24,000 nt of DNA. Source: Halorubrum sp. SY-15. Its GTDB lineage: Archaea; Halobacteriota; Halobacteria; Halobacteriales; Haloferacaceae. Within the stretch, counting starts at the first letter, position 1. Every line of letters begins with the position of its first letter. Made by a program: the position numbers and the translations under genes. The notes below the pieces were generated by a model, which saw only the letters and a program-made list of their open reading frames with translations, was not told the DNA's origin and did not search any database. Location: the NCBI RefSeq assembly GCF_051194155.1, contig NZ_JBLZNJ010000003.1, positions 494,630-518,629 on the forward strand, given 5' to 3'. Of the stretch, positions 1-9,426 are shown one piece after another.

Positions 1-846
1 GGCGGCAGTGACCCGGCCGAGGTGGTTGCGCGCGACGATGCCGTCCCACGGTTCCGGCTCGCCGTCGAGGACGCCCGTCGACTCGAGCGCGCCGACGACG
101 CCTTTCACGCCGGTCTCGACGGCCGACTCGACGAGCTGTCGGCTGTGGGCGAGTTCTGGCGTGATCGTCGGAATGCCGCGCCGGCTGGCGGCGACGCGTA
201 GCTTCCCGTCGAAGTTCCGCTCGCTCCACTCCGTGTCGGCGTCGTCGCCGGCAGCCTCAGCCAACAACAGGTCGGTCCCGAACGCCTCGGCGAGCCGACG
301 GCAGTCGGCGTCGCCTCGCAGATAGACCGTGTGGGTAAGCATCTCAGAGGACCCCGTGTGGAGGTCGACGACGGCGTCTGCCTCCCGCACGAACCGCCAG
401 AGCCGGGCGGCCATCCGCTCGTGGAGGGTGCCGTCGGTGTCGCCGGGCCAACACCGGTTCATGTTCGGCGACACCGAGTCGAACACTTCTGGGGTTGTGT
501 ACGAGACGTGGTCGAACGTCAGTGGGTCTGCGACAGGAACCGAGACGAGCGTTCCGGTGAGGGCTTCGTCGTCAGCTTCGTCGCCGTCGTCGGCTCCGTG
601 GCTGTCGTCTGTGACGTGGTCACCAACGAGCCGGTCGTGGAGTCGACGCAAGACGGCCGTCCCGTTCACCTCACGTCCGTGTTGGGCCGCTTGCGCGTAG
701 ACGACGGGGCCGCTGTCGTCGGGGACGACGAGCGCGGGGCCGTCCTCGCCGTCAACGAGCGTTCCCTCGCCGTAGACGTGAACGGTCGTTCGGATCGGCA
801 CACCCGAGGGGAGTCGGGCGAGAACCAGCGTGCGACTGTCGTGCAT
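1..846 (-). CDS. M14-type deacylase, succinylglutamate desuccinylase/aspartoacylase family (COG3608-like); the 3' end runs off the window
   Basis: Absent from the ORF track because there is no stop inside the window. My reverse-strand translation from the ATG at 846-844 gives 282 stop-free codons: MHDSRTLVLARLPSGVPIRTTVHVYGEG...AQHGREVNGTAVL...SPNMNRCWPGDTDGTLHERMAARLW...AVVDLHTGS...TPELAH. The HxxE, NR-x-(F/W)PG and DLHTG motifs fit this zinc deacylase family. Confidence 0.8.
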   Translation of the reverse strand, partial: MHDSRTLVLARLPSGVPIRTTVHVYGEGTLVDGEDGPALVVPDDSGPVVYAQAAQHGREVNGTAVLRRLHDRLVGDHVTDDSHGADDGDEADDEALTGTLVSVPVADPLTFDHVSYTTPEVFDSVSPNMNRCWPGDTDGTLHERMAARLWRFVREADAVVDLHTGSSEMLTHTVYLRGDADCRRLAEAFGTDLLLAEAAGDDADTEWSERNFDGKLRVAASRRGIPTITPELAHSRQLVESAVETGVKGVVGALESTGVLDGEPEPWDGIVARNHLGRVTAA

Positions 847-870
847 GGACGGAGGGTCGGCGGGCGATCC

Positions 871-876
871 GTTAAC
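871..876 (-). promoter_or_regulatory. TATA-like hexamer (GTTAAC) 25-30 nt upstream of the deacylase ATG
   Basis: The only A/T-rich hexamer at the spacing seen for other leaderless genes in this window. Confidence 0.3.
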
Positions 877-912
877 CGTTGGGTGTCGACGCGTCCTACC
901 AACCACCGACGC

Positions 913-918
913 TAAGTT
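913..918 (+). promoter_or_regulatory. TATA-like hexamer (TAAGTT) 26-31 nt upstream of the MBL hydrolase ATG
   Basis: Position relative to the ATG at 944. The same geometry recurs across the window. Confidence 0.3.
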
Positions 919-943
919 CGTGCAGAGTGGAGCGTGTGACGAG

Positions 944-1771
944 ATGCGGGTCACGCTGCTCGGCACGGGAGACACGACGGGGACGCCGACCGCGGGGTGT
1001 ACGTGTGCCACCTGCGCGGCGGCTCGCGAGCGCGACGTCTCCCGGTCGCGCTTCTCGGTTCACGTCGCCAACGAGCGCACCGACGAGTCGCTGCTCGTCG
1101 ACTTCAGTCCCGACTTCCGCCGGCAGTTTCTCGACCACGACGTGGCGCTCCCGGACGCCGGGCTCGTCACGCACATTCACTTCGACCACCTCGACGGCCT
1201 CGGCAACGTCTACCGGCTCGTCGACGGCCTCCCGGTGCACGCCCCGAACGAGACCGATCCAGCGACGAACGAGAGCGTCGCCGAGACCATCCGCCGGAAG
1301 TACGACTACCTCGGCGATCGCATCAGCGTCCAAGCGCGCGAGCCGTTCACCCCGTTCGAGACGTGCGGATTACGGGTGCAGTTCGTCCCCGTCGATCACC
1401 CACCGCTCCGGTGTTTCGGACTCGTCGTCGTCGACCCCGAGACGGGCGCGAAGCTCTCGCTCACCGGCGACACGAGCTACGACGTTCCCGTCCGGTCGCG
1501 GACGGCACTCGCCGACGCCGACCTCCTCTTGGCGGACGCGATCGTCCCGGCGTCGGCGTGTGCGACCCATCCGATCGGGGGGCGTCACGAGACCGACGCC
1601 GGCGTCCCCCGCACGTTCGGTACGAAACACATGACGCGGGAGGGCGCACTCGACCTCGCTGCAGAGCTCGACGCCGACCGAACCCGGCTCGTCCACCTCG
1701 CGCACTACTACCCGCCCGACGAGGCCTTCGAGGAGCCGCTCGCGGTCGACGGCGAGACGTACGAGCTGTGA
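944..1771 (+). CDS. MBL-fold metallo-hydrolase (PhnP/PqqB-like, with an N-terminal Cys cluster)
   Basis: MRVTLLGTGDTTGTPTAGCTCATCAAAR (a GTG-x-G plus CxCxxC cluster) and the HIHFDHLDG (HxHxDH) motif. The start was moved from the track's 830 to the ATG at 944, where the family-typical N-terminus begins. Confidence 0.85.
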   Translation: MRVTLLGTGDTTGTPTAGCTCATCAAARERDVSRSRFSVHVANERTDESLLVDFSPDFRRQFLDHDVALPDAGLVTHIHFDHLDGLGNVYRLVDGLPVHAPNETDPATNESVAETIRRKYDYLGDRISVQAREPFTPFETCGLRVQFVPVDHPPLRCFGLVVVDPETGAKLSLTGDTSYDVPVRSRTALADADLLLADAIVPASACATHPIGGRHETDAGVPRTFGTKHMTREGALDLAAELDADRTRLVHLAHYYPPDEAFEEPLAVDGETYEL

Positions 1772-4306
1772 TCAGCGCTCCGGCTCGTAGGCGCTCGCGA
1801 CGACCTCGCGGATGCGCGCGGCCGTCACCTCGCCAACGCCGTCGACCGCCTGGAGGCGCTCCTCATCGGCCGTCATCACCGCCTCGACGGAGCCGAGGGC
1901 TTCGAGAAGCGACCGGGCGGTCACCGGACCGATGTCGGCGATGGCAGAGACGACGTACTCCTGTTGTTCCGTGCGGGTCTTCGTCGTCTTCTCGCCGTGG
2001 ACGCTCACCTCGCGGTCACGCGTCTCCTGTTCGCGGCGAGCGATAGTCGCGAGCAGGGCGGTGGTGTCGGCCTCGCTTTCGGTTCGGAGCACGCTCACCC
2101 CGAAGTCGACCGCGAGCGACGCGAGGGCGCCACGGATCGCGTTCGGCTCGACGTTACGTTGGCCGTAGAGGTTCGTCCCCTCGACGACGACCGTCGGCCT
2201 GGCGTACGCGCGCGCGAGCTCGCCGACCTGCGCGAACAACGACCGGTCCGCATCGAGTACGGAGTCGACGAAGTCGGCCGCCGACTTGCGCTCGACGGCA
2301 ACCCGGTCGGAGAGCACGTAGTCGCCCACCGCGAGCGTCTCGAGCCGCGTAGTCAGCCCGCCCCACGTAGAGAGGTCCTTCGCGATCGACGAGTCCAGCT
2401 CGCGCTGATCGACGACGACCTCGACGCCCGTCTCGCGGCCGGCGGTCGCGACGATCCCCCCGTCGCCGTCTATCGCGTCGCTCTCGTCGCCGTCTGCCGT
2501 GTCGCCCGCGTCGTTGTCGCCTGCGTCGTCCTCGTCGGCCGCGTCGTCTCCGACCTCGTCGCGGCTCTCTGCGGCGAAGTCGGTGAGGCCGGCGTCTGTC
2601 GCCGCCGTGTCGCGCTCCCCGCCGTCGGCTGGCTGGTCTGCCGCCGGCTCGTCGGCTGTCTCGGGGGCATCGGCCGCTCTCTGTGACGCGGAGCCGGCCG
2701 TCGTCTCGGGAGCTGCCTCGGCGAACGCGTCGAGACCGGCCTGGCCGTCGTCGACGGCGGCCTCGACGTCGTCGGTGGCGGCTTTGAGCTCGGCGAGTTG
2801 TTGTGTCATCTGTTTTTCGCGCCGCTTCGAGATCCAAAAGAACGCCTCGTCGCGGGTGTCTTCGGCCATGAGCACGACGACCTGTCCTTCGGCCTGCCGG
2901 CCAGTCCGTCCCTTGCGCTGGATCGATCGGATCGCCGTCGGCACCGGCTCGTAAAAACAGACGAGGTCGACCTCGGGGACGTCGAGGCCCTCCTCGGCGA
3001 CGCTCGTCGAGACGAGTACCTCGAACGCCCCGTCGCGGAAGTCCTCGAGCGTCTCCTGTTGTTGCGTCTGGGTCATCCCGTCGGAGCCTTCTTTGTCACC
3101 CTGACCGACGAACTTGTGGACGTCGAAGCTGGCGTCGAGAAACTCGACGAGCGCCTCGGCGGTGTCGCGCGACTCGGTGAACAGGATCGCGCGGTCGCCG
3201 CCCTGAATGCCCAGCGTCTCCGCGAGGAGGATCCGCGCCTTCGAGAACTTCGGGTGGAGGCCGTCGAACGACTCGGCCTTCCGCATTGCGGTGCGGACCC
3301 GCGGGTCAGCGACCATCCGCTGGCTCGCCTTCGAGGCGCCGGACGAGCGCGCGGCCTCCCGCTGGCGCTCGAAGTACCGCCTGACCGACTCCACCGACTG
3401 GGTCTCGACGAGCTCAACGGCACGACGGAGCTTCATCACCTCCGCGTGCGTGGACATCCCGGTGTACCCGTCGGACTGGTCGTTGTCCATCATTTGTTTG
3501 AGCTGGCCACGCATCCGGTTGAGGTCGCGCTGTGAGAGGTCCGGGCTCGTCTTGTTCGTCACCCCGAGTTCTTTCAACGACTCCAGTCGGTCGGTTATCA
3601 CCTCGTTCAACGCGTCGCGAATCTCGAGGACCGGATCGGGGAGCGTCACCCGCTCCCAGCGGACGTCCGTGTCGTGGGTGTACTCGTCGACGTCGGCGTC
3701 CGTCTCGGTCATCACCTCGACGTTCCGGAGCCCGAGGTTCTCACACACCGTCTCGATCTCGTCCGTGTCGCCGCCCGGCGAGGCCGACATGCCGGTCACG
3801 AGCGGGTCGGCGGCGTCGGCGTGGTATCGCTCCGCGATGTAGACGTACGCGTAGTCGCCCGTGCCGCGGTGACACTCGTCGAACGTGAGGTGGGTGACGT
3901 TTTGCACGCTAATCCGGTTCCCGACGAGGTCGTTCTCGACGACCTGTGGGGTCGCGATCACGACGCGGGCGTCGTCCCAGACCGCGGCGCGATCGTCGGG
4001 TGGCACCTCGCCGGTGAACACGACGATCTCGTCGTCGGGGATCGAGAGCGCCTCCCGATAGAACTCGGCGTGCTGTTGTACCAACGGCTTCGTCGGTGCC
4101 AACAACAGGGCAGTTCCGCCGGCCTCGTGGAGTCGTCGAGCCGTGACGAGCAGACTCACGGTCGTCTTACCGAGGCCGGTCGGCAGACACACGAGTGTGT
4201 GGGCGTCGCCCGCCGCCTCGGCCAGCTGGAGCTGGTACCGGCGACGCTCAAGGAAGCCGTCGACTACCAAGGGATGTGTCAGTCCGTCGGCCTCGGTCGC
4301 CATCAT
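1772..4306 (-). CDS. hef: Hef: DEAH-box helicase fused to an XPF/ERCC4 nuclease and a C-terminal HhH2 domain
   Basis: 844 aa. Walker A LPTGLGKT, FDECH box and helicase-C QRKGRTGR. An acidic linker is followed by ERCC4 motifs (VVVDQRE...GDYVLSDRVAVERKSAADF) and a tandem helix-hairpin-helix (IGPVTARSLLEALG...VDGVGEVTAARI). There are two adjacent ATGs (4306 and 4303). Confidence 0.95.
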   Translation of the reverse strand: MMATEADGLTHPLVVDGFLERRRYQLQLAEAAGDAHTLVCLPTGLGKTTVSLLVTARRLHEAGGTALLLAPTKPLVQQHAEFYREALSIPDDEIVVFTGEVPPDDRAAVWDDARVVIATPQVVENDLVGNRISVQNVTHLTFDECHRGTGDYAYVYIAERYHADAADPLVTGMSASPGGDTDEIETVCENLGLRNVEVMTETDADVDEYTHDTDVRWERVTLPDPVLEIRDALNEVITDRLESLKELGVTNKTSPDLSQRDLNRMRGQLKQMMDNDQSDGYTGMSTHAEVMKLRRAVELVETQSVESVRRYFERQREAARSSGASKASQRMVADPRVRTAMRKAESFDGLHPKFSKARILLAETLGIQGGDRAILFTESRDTAEALVEFLDASFDVHKFVGQGDKEGSDGMTQTQQQETLEDFRDGAFEVLVSTSVAEEGLDVPEVDLVCFYEPVPTAIRSIQRKGRTGRQAEGQVVVLMAEDTRDEAFFWISKRREKQMTQQLAELKAATDDVEAAVDDGQAGLDAFAEAAPETTAGSASQRAADAPETADEPAADQPADGGERDTAATDAGLTDFAAESRDEVGDDAADEDDAGDNDAGDTADGDESDAIDGDGGIVATAGRETGVEVVVDQRELDSSIAKDLSTWGGLTTRLETLAVGDYVLSDRVAVERKSAADFVDSVLDADRSLFAQVGELARAYARPTVVVEGTNLYGQRNVEPNAIRGALASLAVDFGVSVLRTESEADTTALLATIARREQETRDREVSVHGEKTTKTRTEQQEYVVSAIADIGPVTARSLLEALGSVEAVMTADEERLQAVDGVGEVTAARIREVVASAYEPER

Positions 4307-4326
4307 CGACGATTCGGCGTCCTCCG

Positions 4327-4332
4327 TCTAAA
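4327..4332 (-). promoter_or_regulatory. TATA-like box (TTTAGA on the minus strand) 21-29 nt upstream of the hef ATGs
   Basis: The reverse complement reads cccTTTAGAcggaggacgccgaatcgtcgATGATG. Confidence 0.35.
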
Positions 4333-4382
4333 GGGTTCGCGAAGCGAGGCGGAAGTGGAGAGGCGACCGTCTCGGCCGGGTG

Positions 4383-4511
4383 TCACCGATCGCCGGAGTC
4401 GTCGGGTCGGCGGTCCTCGGGCACGGTTTCGTCGACCAGCGCTGCCCACTCAGCGAGCCGGTCTCCCGTCGGTGTGCGCGCGCTCATCGTCTGAGGGATC
4501 TCGAGAGCCAT
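4383..4511 (-). CDS. Candidate micro-ORF (42 aa from the ATG at 4511, or 34 aa from the ATG at 4487), unknown function
   Basis: Hand translation: MALEIPQTMSARTPTGDRLAEWAALVDETVPEDRRPDDSGDR*. Mostly G/C-ending codons and acidic composition. GATTTA (4515-4520, minus sense) sits 28-33 nt upstream of the inner ATG. It is too short for the ORF track. Confidence 0.2.
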   Translation of the reverse strand: MALEIPQTMSARTPTGDRLAEWAALVDETVPEDRRPDDSGDR

Positions 4512-4571
4512 TGGTAAATCTTTCGCCGATCCTCGCGCCGCGGGGGACGTCGCTATTCCGAGCCGCGCCGC

Positions 4572-4577
4572 TTTTAC
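4572..4577 (+). promoter_or_regulatory. TATA-like box (TTTTAC) 23-28 nt upstream of the ATG at 4600
   Basis: Spacing consistent with a leaderless transcript. Confidence 0.35.
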
Positions 4578-4599
4578 CCGCCAACGGTCTCACTCGTAC

Positions 4600-5091
4600 A
4601 TGAGCGACCTGGCTGCGTTCCTCGCTGGCGACCGCCTCGACGACGTGGTGTTGTATCTCAGCGACGTCTTCTTGGACGACGACTCACGGCTGCGTGACGT
4701 CGGCACCGAGACCGACGACGGCGTCCGACTCGTCCTCGACGGCGAAACTGGCCGGGACGCGTTCGCGGCGGGTACCGGGATGGATGCGATGTCGTTCGCG
4801 GGCGACGCGATGGGAACGTCCGGTGTGATCGCTCGCTCGCTCGACGCCGGCGCGTGTCCGGATGCGGACGCAGATGCGGGGGCCGCCTCCGACGCGGACG
4901 CCGGGACGAGCGCCGACGCAGCCGCCGAGGACCACGCGGTTCGGTTTCTCCTCGCGTTCGCCGAGGCACAGAACGAGGCGGTCGGGGGACGGTACGCCGA
5001 CGGCGACGTGATCCACGCATACGCACACTGTGCCTGTGGCGCACGCTACGCCGACCGCTGGGTCGTCGGCGAACGGGACGACCCAGTCTGA
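4600..5091 (+). CDS. Acidic hypothetical protein, 163 aa
   Basis: Haloarchaeal-type acidic composition with G/C-ending codons. Low-complexity DADADAGAASDADAGTSADAAAED segment. There is a possible metal-binding cluster, HAYAHCACG, near the C-terminus. I do not recognise a family. Confidence 0.7.
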   Translation: MSDLAAFLAGDRLDDVVLYLSDVFLDDDSRLRDVGTETDDGVRLVLDGETGRDAFAAGTGMDAMSFAGDAMGTSGVIARSLDAGACPDADADAGAASDADAGTSADAAAEDHAVRFLLAFAEAQNEAVGGRYADGDVIHAYAHCACGARYADRWVVGERDDPV

Positions 5092-5158
5092 GCTGTCGGT
5101 CTCGTCCGTCGTCGGCCGGCTCGGCCGGCAGCGATCGTCTCGCCCGTCTGTGGGCTGT

Positions 5159-6448
5159 TCACCCCTTGAACAGGCTGGCGTGTACCGGCGCGTGGTCGCG
5201 GTCGTCGTCGCCGACCGCCTCCCGCACGGCACCGTCGTGGTCCGCGACGGCTCGTCCCTCGACGCCAGCGTCGAGAAAGTCGCGTAGCGGGGGACCGACG
5301 TGCTCCGGTTCGACGAGAAACGCGTCGTGGCCGTGGTCGGAGTCGATCACGTGGTGGGCGACCGGTACCTCGCGGTCTCTGAACGCCGACGCCACCGCGG
5401 CGGACTGTTCGACCGTGAAGTGCCAGTCGCCGGTGAAGCTCATCACGAGCGCCTCGCCTTCGAAGGCAGCGAGCGCGTCGGCGTCGCTCCCGTATCCGGC
5501 CGCCAGGTCGTACTCGTCCATCGCGCGGGTGAGGTAGAGGTAGCTGTTCGCGTCGAAGCGGTCGCTGAACCCGTCGGCTTGGTAATCGAGGTACGACTCG
5601 ACCTCGCGGTACGGGAAGAACGCGGCCGTCGGACCGGCCTCGAGTCCGAGGTCACCGTCGTCACGACTCAGCGAGTCGCGCCCTGCCGAGCGACGCCCGA
5701 ATTTCTGGGCCATCGACGCCTTCGAGAGGTACATCACGTGGCCGATCTGTCGGGCCAGCGCGAGGCCGGTGTCGGGGTCGGGACGGGCTGTGCCGTAGTA
5801 GTCGCCGCCGCGCCAGTTCGGATCCGACCGGATCGCCCGTCGTGCCACCGCATCGAGGGCGAGACACTGCGCGTCGAGCCGCGCCGCGGCGGCGATCGGA
5901 ACGACCCGGTCGACGTCGTCGGGGTAGCGCTTCGCCCACTCGAGCGCGTTCATCCCCCCGGCGCTCCCGCCGACGACCGCTCGAAGTCGGCCGACGCCGA
6001 GGTGATCGAGCAGCCGGCGCTGGGCCCGTGCCCAGTCTGCGATCTGGACCGGTGGGAACGCGGTCCCCCACCGGTCGTGGTCGGGGTCGTCGCCCGGGAG
6101 GTCGACGTCGGCAGGGCGCGTACTCGACGGACCAGACGTGCCGTAACACGATCCAGGGACGTTCGCACACACCACGTAGTACTCGGTGGTGTCGATGGCC
6201 TTCCCGGGACCGACGACGTCGTCCCACCACGCGCGGGCCTGGCCCGCCTGTCCGGCGTCAGCCCCGGATTCGGGCGTACGCGCCACGTTCTGGCTGCCGG
6301 TGAGCGCGTGACACACCAGGACGACGTTGTCGCCGTCGAACTCGCCGTACGTCTCGTAGGCGACCGTCAGCTCCGGTATCGACTGTCCGCACGCGAAGGT
6401 GAACGACCCGAGCGAGGCGACGCCGGCATCGGTGGGTGTCGCGGCCAC
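5159..6448 (-). CDS. metX: Homoserine O-acetyltransferase
   Basis: 429 aa alpha/beta hydrolase. N-terminus [24 protein letters not shown]...[11 protein letters not shown], nucleophile elbow [10 protein letters not shown]-terminal [13 protein letters not shown] start 2 nt downstream of the metY stop. Confidence 0.93.
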   Translation of the reverse strand: MAATPTDAGVASLGSFTFACGQSIPELTVAYETYGEFDGDNVVLVCHALTGSQNVARTPESGADAGQAGQARAWWDDVVGPGKAIDTTEYYVVCANVPGSCYGTSGPSSTRPADVDLPGDDPDHDRWGTAFPPVQIADWARAQRRLLDHLGVGRLRAVVGGSAGGMNALEWAKRYPDDVDRVVPIAAAARLDAQCLALDAVARRAIRSDPNWRGGDYYGTARPDPDTGLALARQIGHVMYLSKASMAQKFGRRSAGRDSLSRDDGDLGLEAGPTAAFFPYREVESYLDYQADGFSDRFDANSYLYLTRAMDEYDLAAGYGSDADALAAFEGEALVMSFTGDWHFTVEQSAAVASAFRDREVPVAHHVIDSDHGHDAFLVEPEHVGPPLRDFLDAGVEGRAVADHDGAVREAVGDDDRDHAPVHASLFKG

Positions 6449-6450
6449 GA

Positions 6451-7764
6451 TTACGTCCCCTCGTCGTGTCGCGATCTACTCGTTGCCGCGGCCGTCGCCG
6501 TCTCGAGTGCGGCGTCGAGGTCGGCGATTACGTCGTCGGCAGCCTCGATACCGACCGAGAGCCGAACCATGTCGGGCGTGACTCCGGCGTCGCGCTGAGT
6601 GGGCTCGTCGAGCTGTGCGTGGGTCGTCGAGGCGGGGTGGATGAGGAGGGTCTTCGCGTCCCCGACGTTGGCGAGGAAGCTCGCGAGCTCGACGGACTCA
6701 CACAGCGTCTTCGCGGCCTCGTACCCGCCTGCGAGGCCGGCGGTGATCACTCCGCCGTAGCCGTCGAGGTACCGCGTCGCGTTCTCGTGTGTCGGGTGCG
6801 AGTCGAATCCCGGGTACGTCACCCAGGCGACGCGGTCGTCCGCCCGCAGGAACTCGGCGACGGATCGGGCCGTCTCGCAGTGGCGGTCCATCCGAAGCGG
6901 GAGCGTCTCGACGCCCCGAAGCGTCTGCCAGGCGTCGAACGGCGACTGTTGGCCGCCGGTCGGACGAACGCCTCGCTGGCGGGCGACGTTCGCGAAGGCC
7001 GCGTCGCCGAATCGGTCGACGAAGTCGACGGGGAACGCCGGCGACTCTCCGGAGAGCTCCGCGTAGTCCGCCTCGGGGTGGTCCCACGGGAACGTCCCTC
7101 CGTCGACGAGGACGCCGCCGACGGTCGTACCGTTCCCGGAGATCCACTTCGTCGTCGACTCCCAGACGACGTCCGCGCCGTGTTCGACCGGCCGACAGAG
7201 TGCCGGGGTCGCGAACGTGTTGTCGACGAAGAGCGGGACCGCGTGGTCGTGGGCGACGTCGGCGACGCGCTCGAGGTCCGGCGTCACGAGCGAGGGATTC
7301 GCGATGGTCTCCACGTGGACGAAGGCGGTGGTCTCGTCGATCGCGTCGGCGTACGCCGCGTAGTCGGTGGTCTCGACGAGACGCGTCTCGACGCCCCGCC
7401 GGTTCGCGATCGTCTCGAGGTACGTCGCCGTGCCGCCGTACATCTCCGCACTTGCGACCACAGAGTCGCCGGCCTGTGCGAGCACCGTGACGGCCGCGTC
7501 GAACGCGGCCATGCCGGACGCGGTGGCGACGGCCCCCGATCCTCCTTCGAGCGCGGCGAGACGGTCTTCGAGCGCGCGGACCGTCGGATTCGAGACGCGG
7601 GAGTAGACGTCGCCGTCGTCTCTGAGGGCGTAGCGGTCCGACGCCGTGTCCGCGTCTTCGAACACGTACGACGTCGTCTGGTGGATCGGCGTCGCGTGTG
7701 CACCCGTCGCCGGGTCGGGCGCCGTGCCGGCGTGGAGGCTGCGGGTCCTGAACCCACGTGTCAT
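6451..7764 (-). CDS. metY: O-acetylhomoserine sulfhydrylase (PLP-dependent, Cys/Met metabolism family)
   Basis: 437 aa. TRSLHAG...[11 protein letters not shown]...YSRVSNPT and the PLP-lysine context [11 protein letters not shown]. Immediately upstream of metX on the same strand. Confidence 0.93.
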   Translation of the reverse strand: MTRGFRTRSLHAGTAPDPATGAHATPIHQTTSYVFEDADTASDRYALRDDGDVYSRVSNPTVRALEDRLAALEGGSGAVATASGMAAFDAAVTVLAQAGDSVVASAEMYGGTATYLETIANRRGVETRLVETTDYAAYADAIDETTAFVHVETIANPSLVTPDLERVADVAHDHAVPLFVDNTFATPALCRPVEHGADVVWESTTKWISGNGTTVGGVLVDGGTFPWDHPEADYAELSGESPAFPVDFVDRFGDAAFANVARQRGVRPTGGQQSPFDAWQTLRGVETLPLRMDRHCETARSVAEFLRADDRVAWVTYPGFDSHPTHENATRYLDGYGGVITAGLAGGYEAAKTLCESVELASFLANVGDAKTLLIHPASTTHAQLDEPTQRDAGVTPDMVRLSVGIEAADDVIADLDAALETATAAATSRSRHDEGT

Positions 7765-7791
7765 GTACGTAGTGCATATCTCTTTGTGCGG

Positions 7792-7797
7792 ATATAA
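7792..7797 (-). promoter_or_regulatory. TATA box (TTATAT on the minus strand) 28-33 nt upstream of the metY ATG
   Basis: The reverse complement reads ggTTATATccgcacaaagagatatgcactacgtacATG. Confidence 0.45.
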
Positions 7798-7879
7798 CCG
7801 TCAGTTACGGCAATCGCTGCCGGACGACGGCCGCAGCGAATGGGGGCCTCACGCGTGGTCGTCGCAGTCGAGACGTGCG

Positions 7880-7885
7880 TTTATA
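7880..7885 (+). promoter_or_regulatory. TATA box (TTTATA) 27-32 nt upstream of the RecJ-like ATG
   Basis: gcgTTTATAcccgatgacgcaccaactcgttcgtaATG. Near-consensus haloarchaeal TATA at leaderless spacing. Confidence 0.5.
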
Positions 7886-7911
7886 CCCGATGACGCACCA
7901 ACTCGTTCGTA

Positions 7912-9336
7912 ATGGCCGCCACAGACGCTCCGATCCCCGACCTCCGTGGACGCGCCGACGCCTGTGCCGACCGCCTTCGCGCGGCCGACCGAGTCCTTCT
8001 CGTCTCGCACATCGACGCCGACGGTCTCACGAGTGCCGCCATCGCGTCGTCGGCGCTCGCACGCGCGTCCATCGACCACCGAGTCGTGTTCGAGAAACAG
8101 CTCGACGACGACGCGATCGCGGGGATCGCCGCCCGCGACCACGAGGTCGTCCTGTTCACCGACTTCGGGTCCGGCCAGCTCGACGCGATCGCCACCCACG
8201 AGACGCGCGGGGACTTCGTCCCCGTGATCGCGGACCACCACCAGCCGGCCGACGCCGACACGCGGTACCACCTCAACCCGCTCCTCGAAGGGATCGACGG
8301 CGCGAGCGAACTCTCGGGAGCGGGCGCGAGCTACGTCCTCGCCCGCGCGCTCGAGGGGCCCGCCGTCGACAACCGCGACCTCGCCGCCCTGGCAGTGGTC
8401 GGCGCGGTGGGCGACATGCAGGACGGCGGCGGCGGACTCGTCGGCGCGAACGAGGCCATCGTCGCCGACGGCGTCGACGCGGGCGTCTTAGAGAGCCGGA
8501 CCGACATCGACCTCTACGGCCGTCAGACGCGTCCGCTCCCGAAGCTCCTCGAGTACGCTTCGGACGTGCGTATTCCGGGTATCTCCGGCGACGAGGCCGG
8601 CGCGATCCGGTTCCTCCGTGGCGTCGACGTCGACGCGACCGACGACGACGGCGACTGGCGACGATGGGTAGACCTTACCGACGCAGAACAGCAGACGCTC
8701 GCCTCTGCGCTGATCCGTCGGGCGGTCTCTTCGGGCGTACCGGCCGATCGGGTCGACGCGCTCGTCGGGACGTCGTACACGCTCCTCGACGAGGCGGTCG
8801 GCACGGCGCTGCGCGACGTGAGCGAGTTCTCGACGCTGCTCAACGCCACGGCCCGCTACGACCGCGCCGACGTCGGCTTGGCAGTGTGTCTCGGTGACCG
8901 CGGCGCCGCACTCGAGGAGGCACACCGGCTGCTCCGGTCACACCGGCGGAACCTCTCCGAGGGGCTTCAGTGGGTCAAAACGGAGGGGGTGACCGACGAG
9001 CCGAACCTCCAGTGGTTCGACGCCGGCTCGCGTATCCGAGAGACGATCGTCGGCATCGTCGCGGGGATGGCCGCTAGCTCGTCGGCGGTCGACCGCGGCA
9101 AACCCGTGGTTGCCTTCGCAGAGGCGAGCGACGTGGAACTCAAGGTCTCCGCGCGTGGCACTGGTCTCCTCGTCCGTCGTGGGCTCGACCTCTCTGTGGT
9201 GATGCGCGACGCGAGCCGTGCCGTGGGCGGCGACGGTGGCGGTCACGACGTCGCCGCCGGGGCGACGATCCCGGCCGAGGCACGCGACGCGTTCCTCGAG
9301 CGGGCGAACGCGCTCGTCGGCGACCAGCTCTCGTGA
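7912..9336 (+). CDS. DHH/DHHA1 phosphoesterase, archaeal RecJ/Cdc45-like nuclease
   Basis: 474 aa. DHH motifs VSHIDADGLTS, LFTDFGSG and VIADHHQP, plus the DHHA1 motif GGDGGGHDVAAGATI. I cannot assign the paralogue (RecJ1-4 type) by eye. Confidence 0.88.
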   Translation: MAATDAPIPDLRGRADACADRLRAADRVLLVSHIDADGLTSAAIASSALARASIDHRVVFEKQLDDDAIAGIAARDHEVVLFTDFGSGQLDAIATHETRGDFVPVIADHHQPADADTRYHLNPLLEGIDGASELSGAGASYVLARALEGPAVDNRDLAALAVVGAVGDMQDGGGGLVGANEAIVADGVDAGVLESRTDIDLYGRQTRPLPKLLEYASDVRIPGISGDEAGAIRFLRGVDVDATDDDGDWRRWVDLTDAEQQTLASALIRRAVSSGVPADRVDALVGTSYTLLDEAVGTALRDVSEFSTLLNATARYDRADVGLAVCLGDRGAALEEAHRLLRSHRRNLSEGLQWVKTEGVTDEPNLQWFDAGSRIRETIVGIVAGMAASSSAVDRGKPVVAFAEASDVELKVSARGTGLLVRRGLDLSVVMRDASRAVGGDGGGHDVAAGATIPAEARDAFLERANALVGDQLS

Positions 9337-9426
9337 GCGAGGTCACCGTCGCTCCTCGTCGGGCGCCGTCGTACGCCCCCGTCTGCGTGCTCGGTCGCCG
9401 CCACCGACTGACGCCGCGTCGACGCC

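Noticed and set aside
997-2046. 349-aa plus-strand ORF spanning the MBL hydrolase and the hef 3' end
   Set aside because: It is extremely Arg/Pro-rich (RRRPRR-type runs) and out of frame with or antisense to two genes that have clear family motifs. This is a typical shadow ORF of very GC-rich DNA.
2154-2837. 227-aa minus-strand ORF and neighbouring ORFs (2470-2670, 2499-2954) inside hef
   Set aside because: These are alternative frames of the Hef acidic linker. The GAC/GCC repeats read as Arg/Gly/Ser runs in other frames, and there is no independent start or promoter signal.
6698-7777. 359-aa minus-strand ORF, and 6436-7797 plus-strand 453-aa ORF, overlapping metY
   Set aside because: Both have Arg-rich nonsense composition. 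The metY frame carries the PLP-lysine motif and full-length family similarity.
7765-7800. A possible SAM or methionine riboswitch upstream of metY
   Set aside because: The TATA box is only about 30 nt from the ATG, so there is essentially no leader to fold, and no such riboswitch class is established for haloarchaea.
7875-8897. 340-aa plus-strand ORF overlapping the RecJ-like gene
   Set aside because: It is an Arg-rich frame-shifted shadow. The 7912 frame contains all the DHH/DHHA1 motifs.
1772-9336. Hef and the RecJ-like nuclease as a linked replication-fork-repair module
   Set aside because: They are separated by an unrelated orphan gene and the metXY pair, sit on different strands, and have separate promoters. 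Proximity is most likely coincidental.
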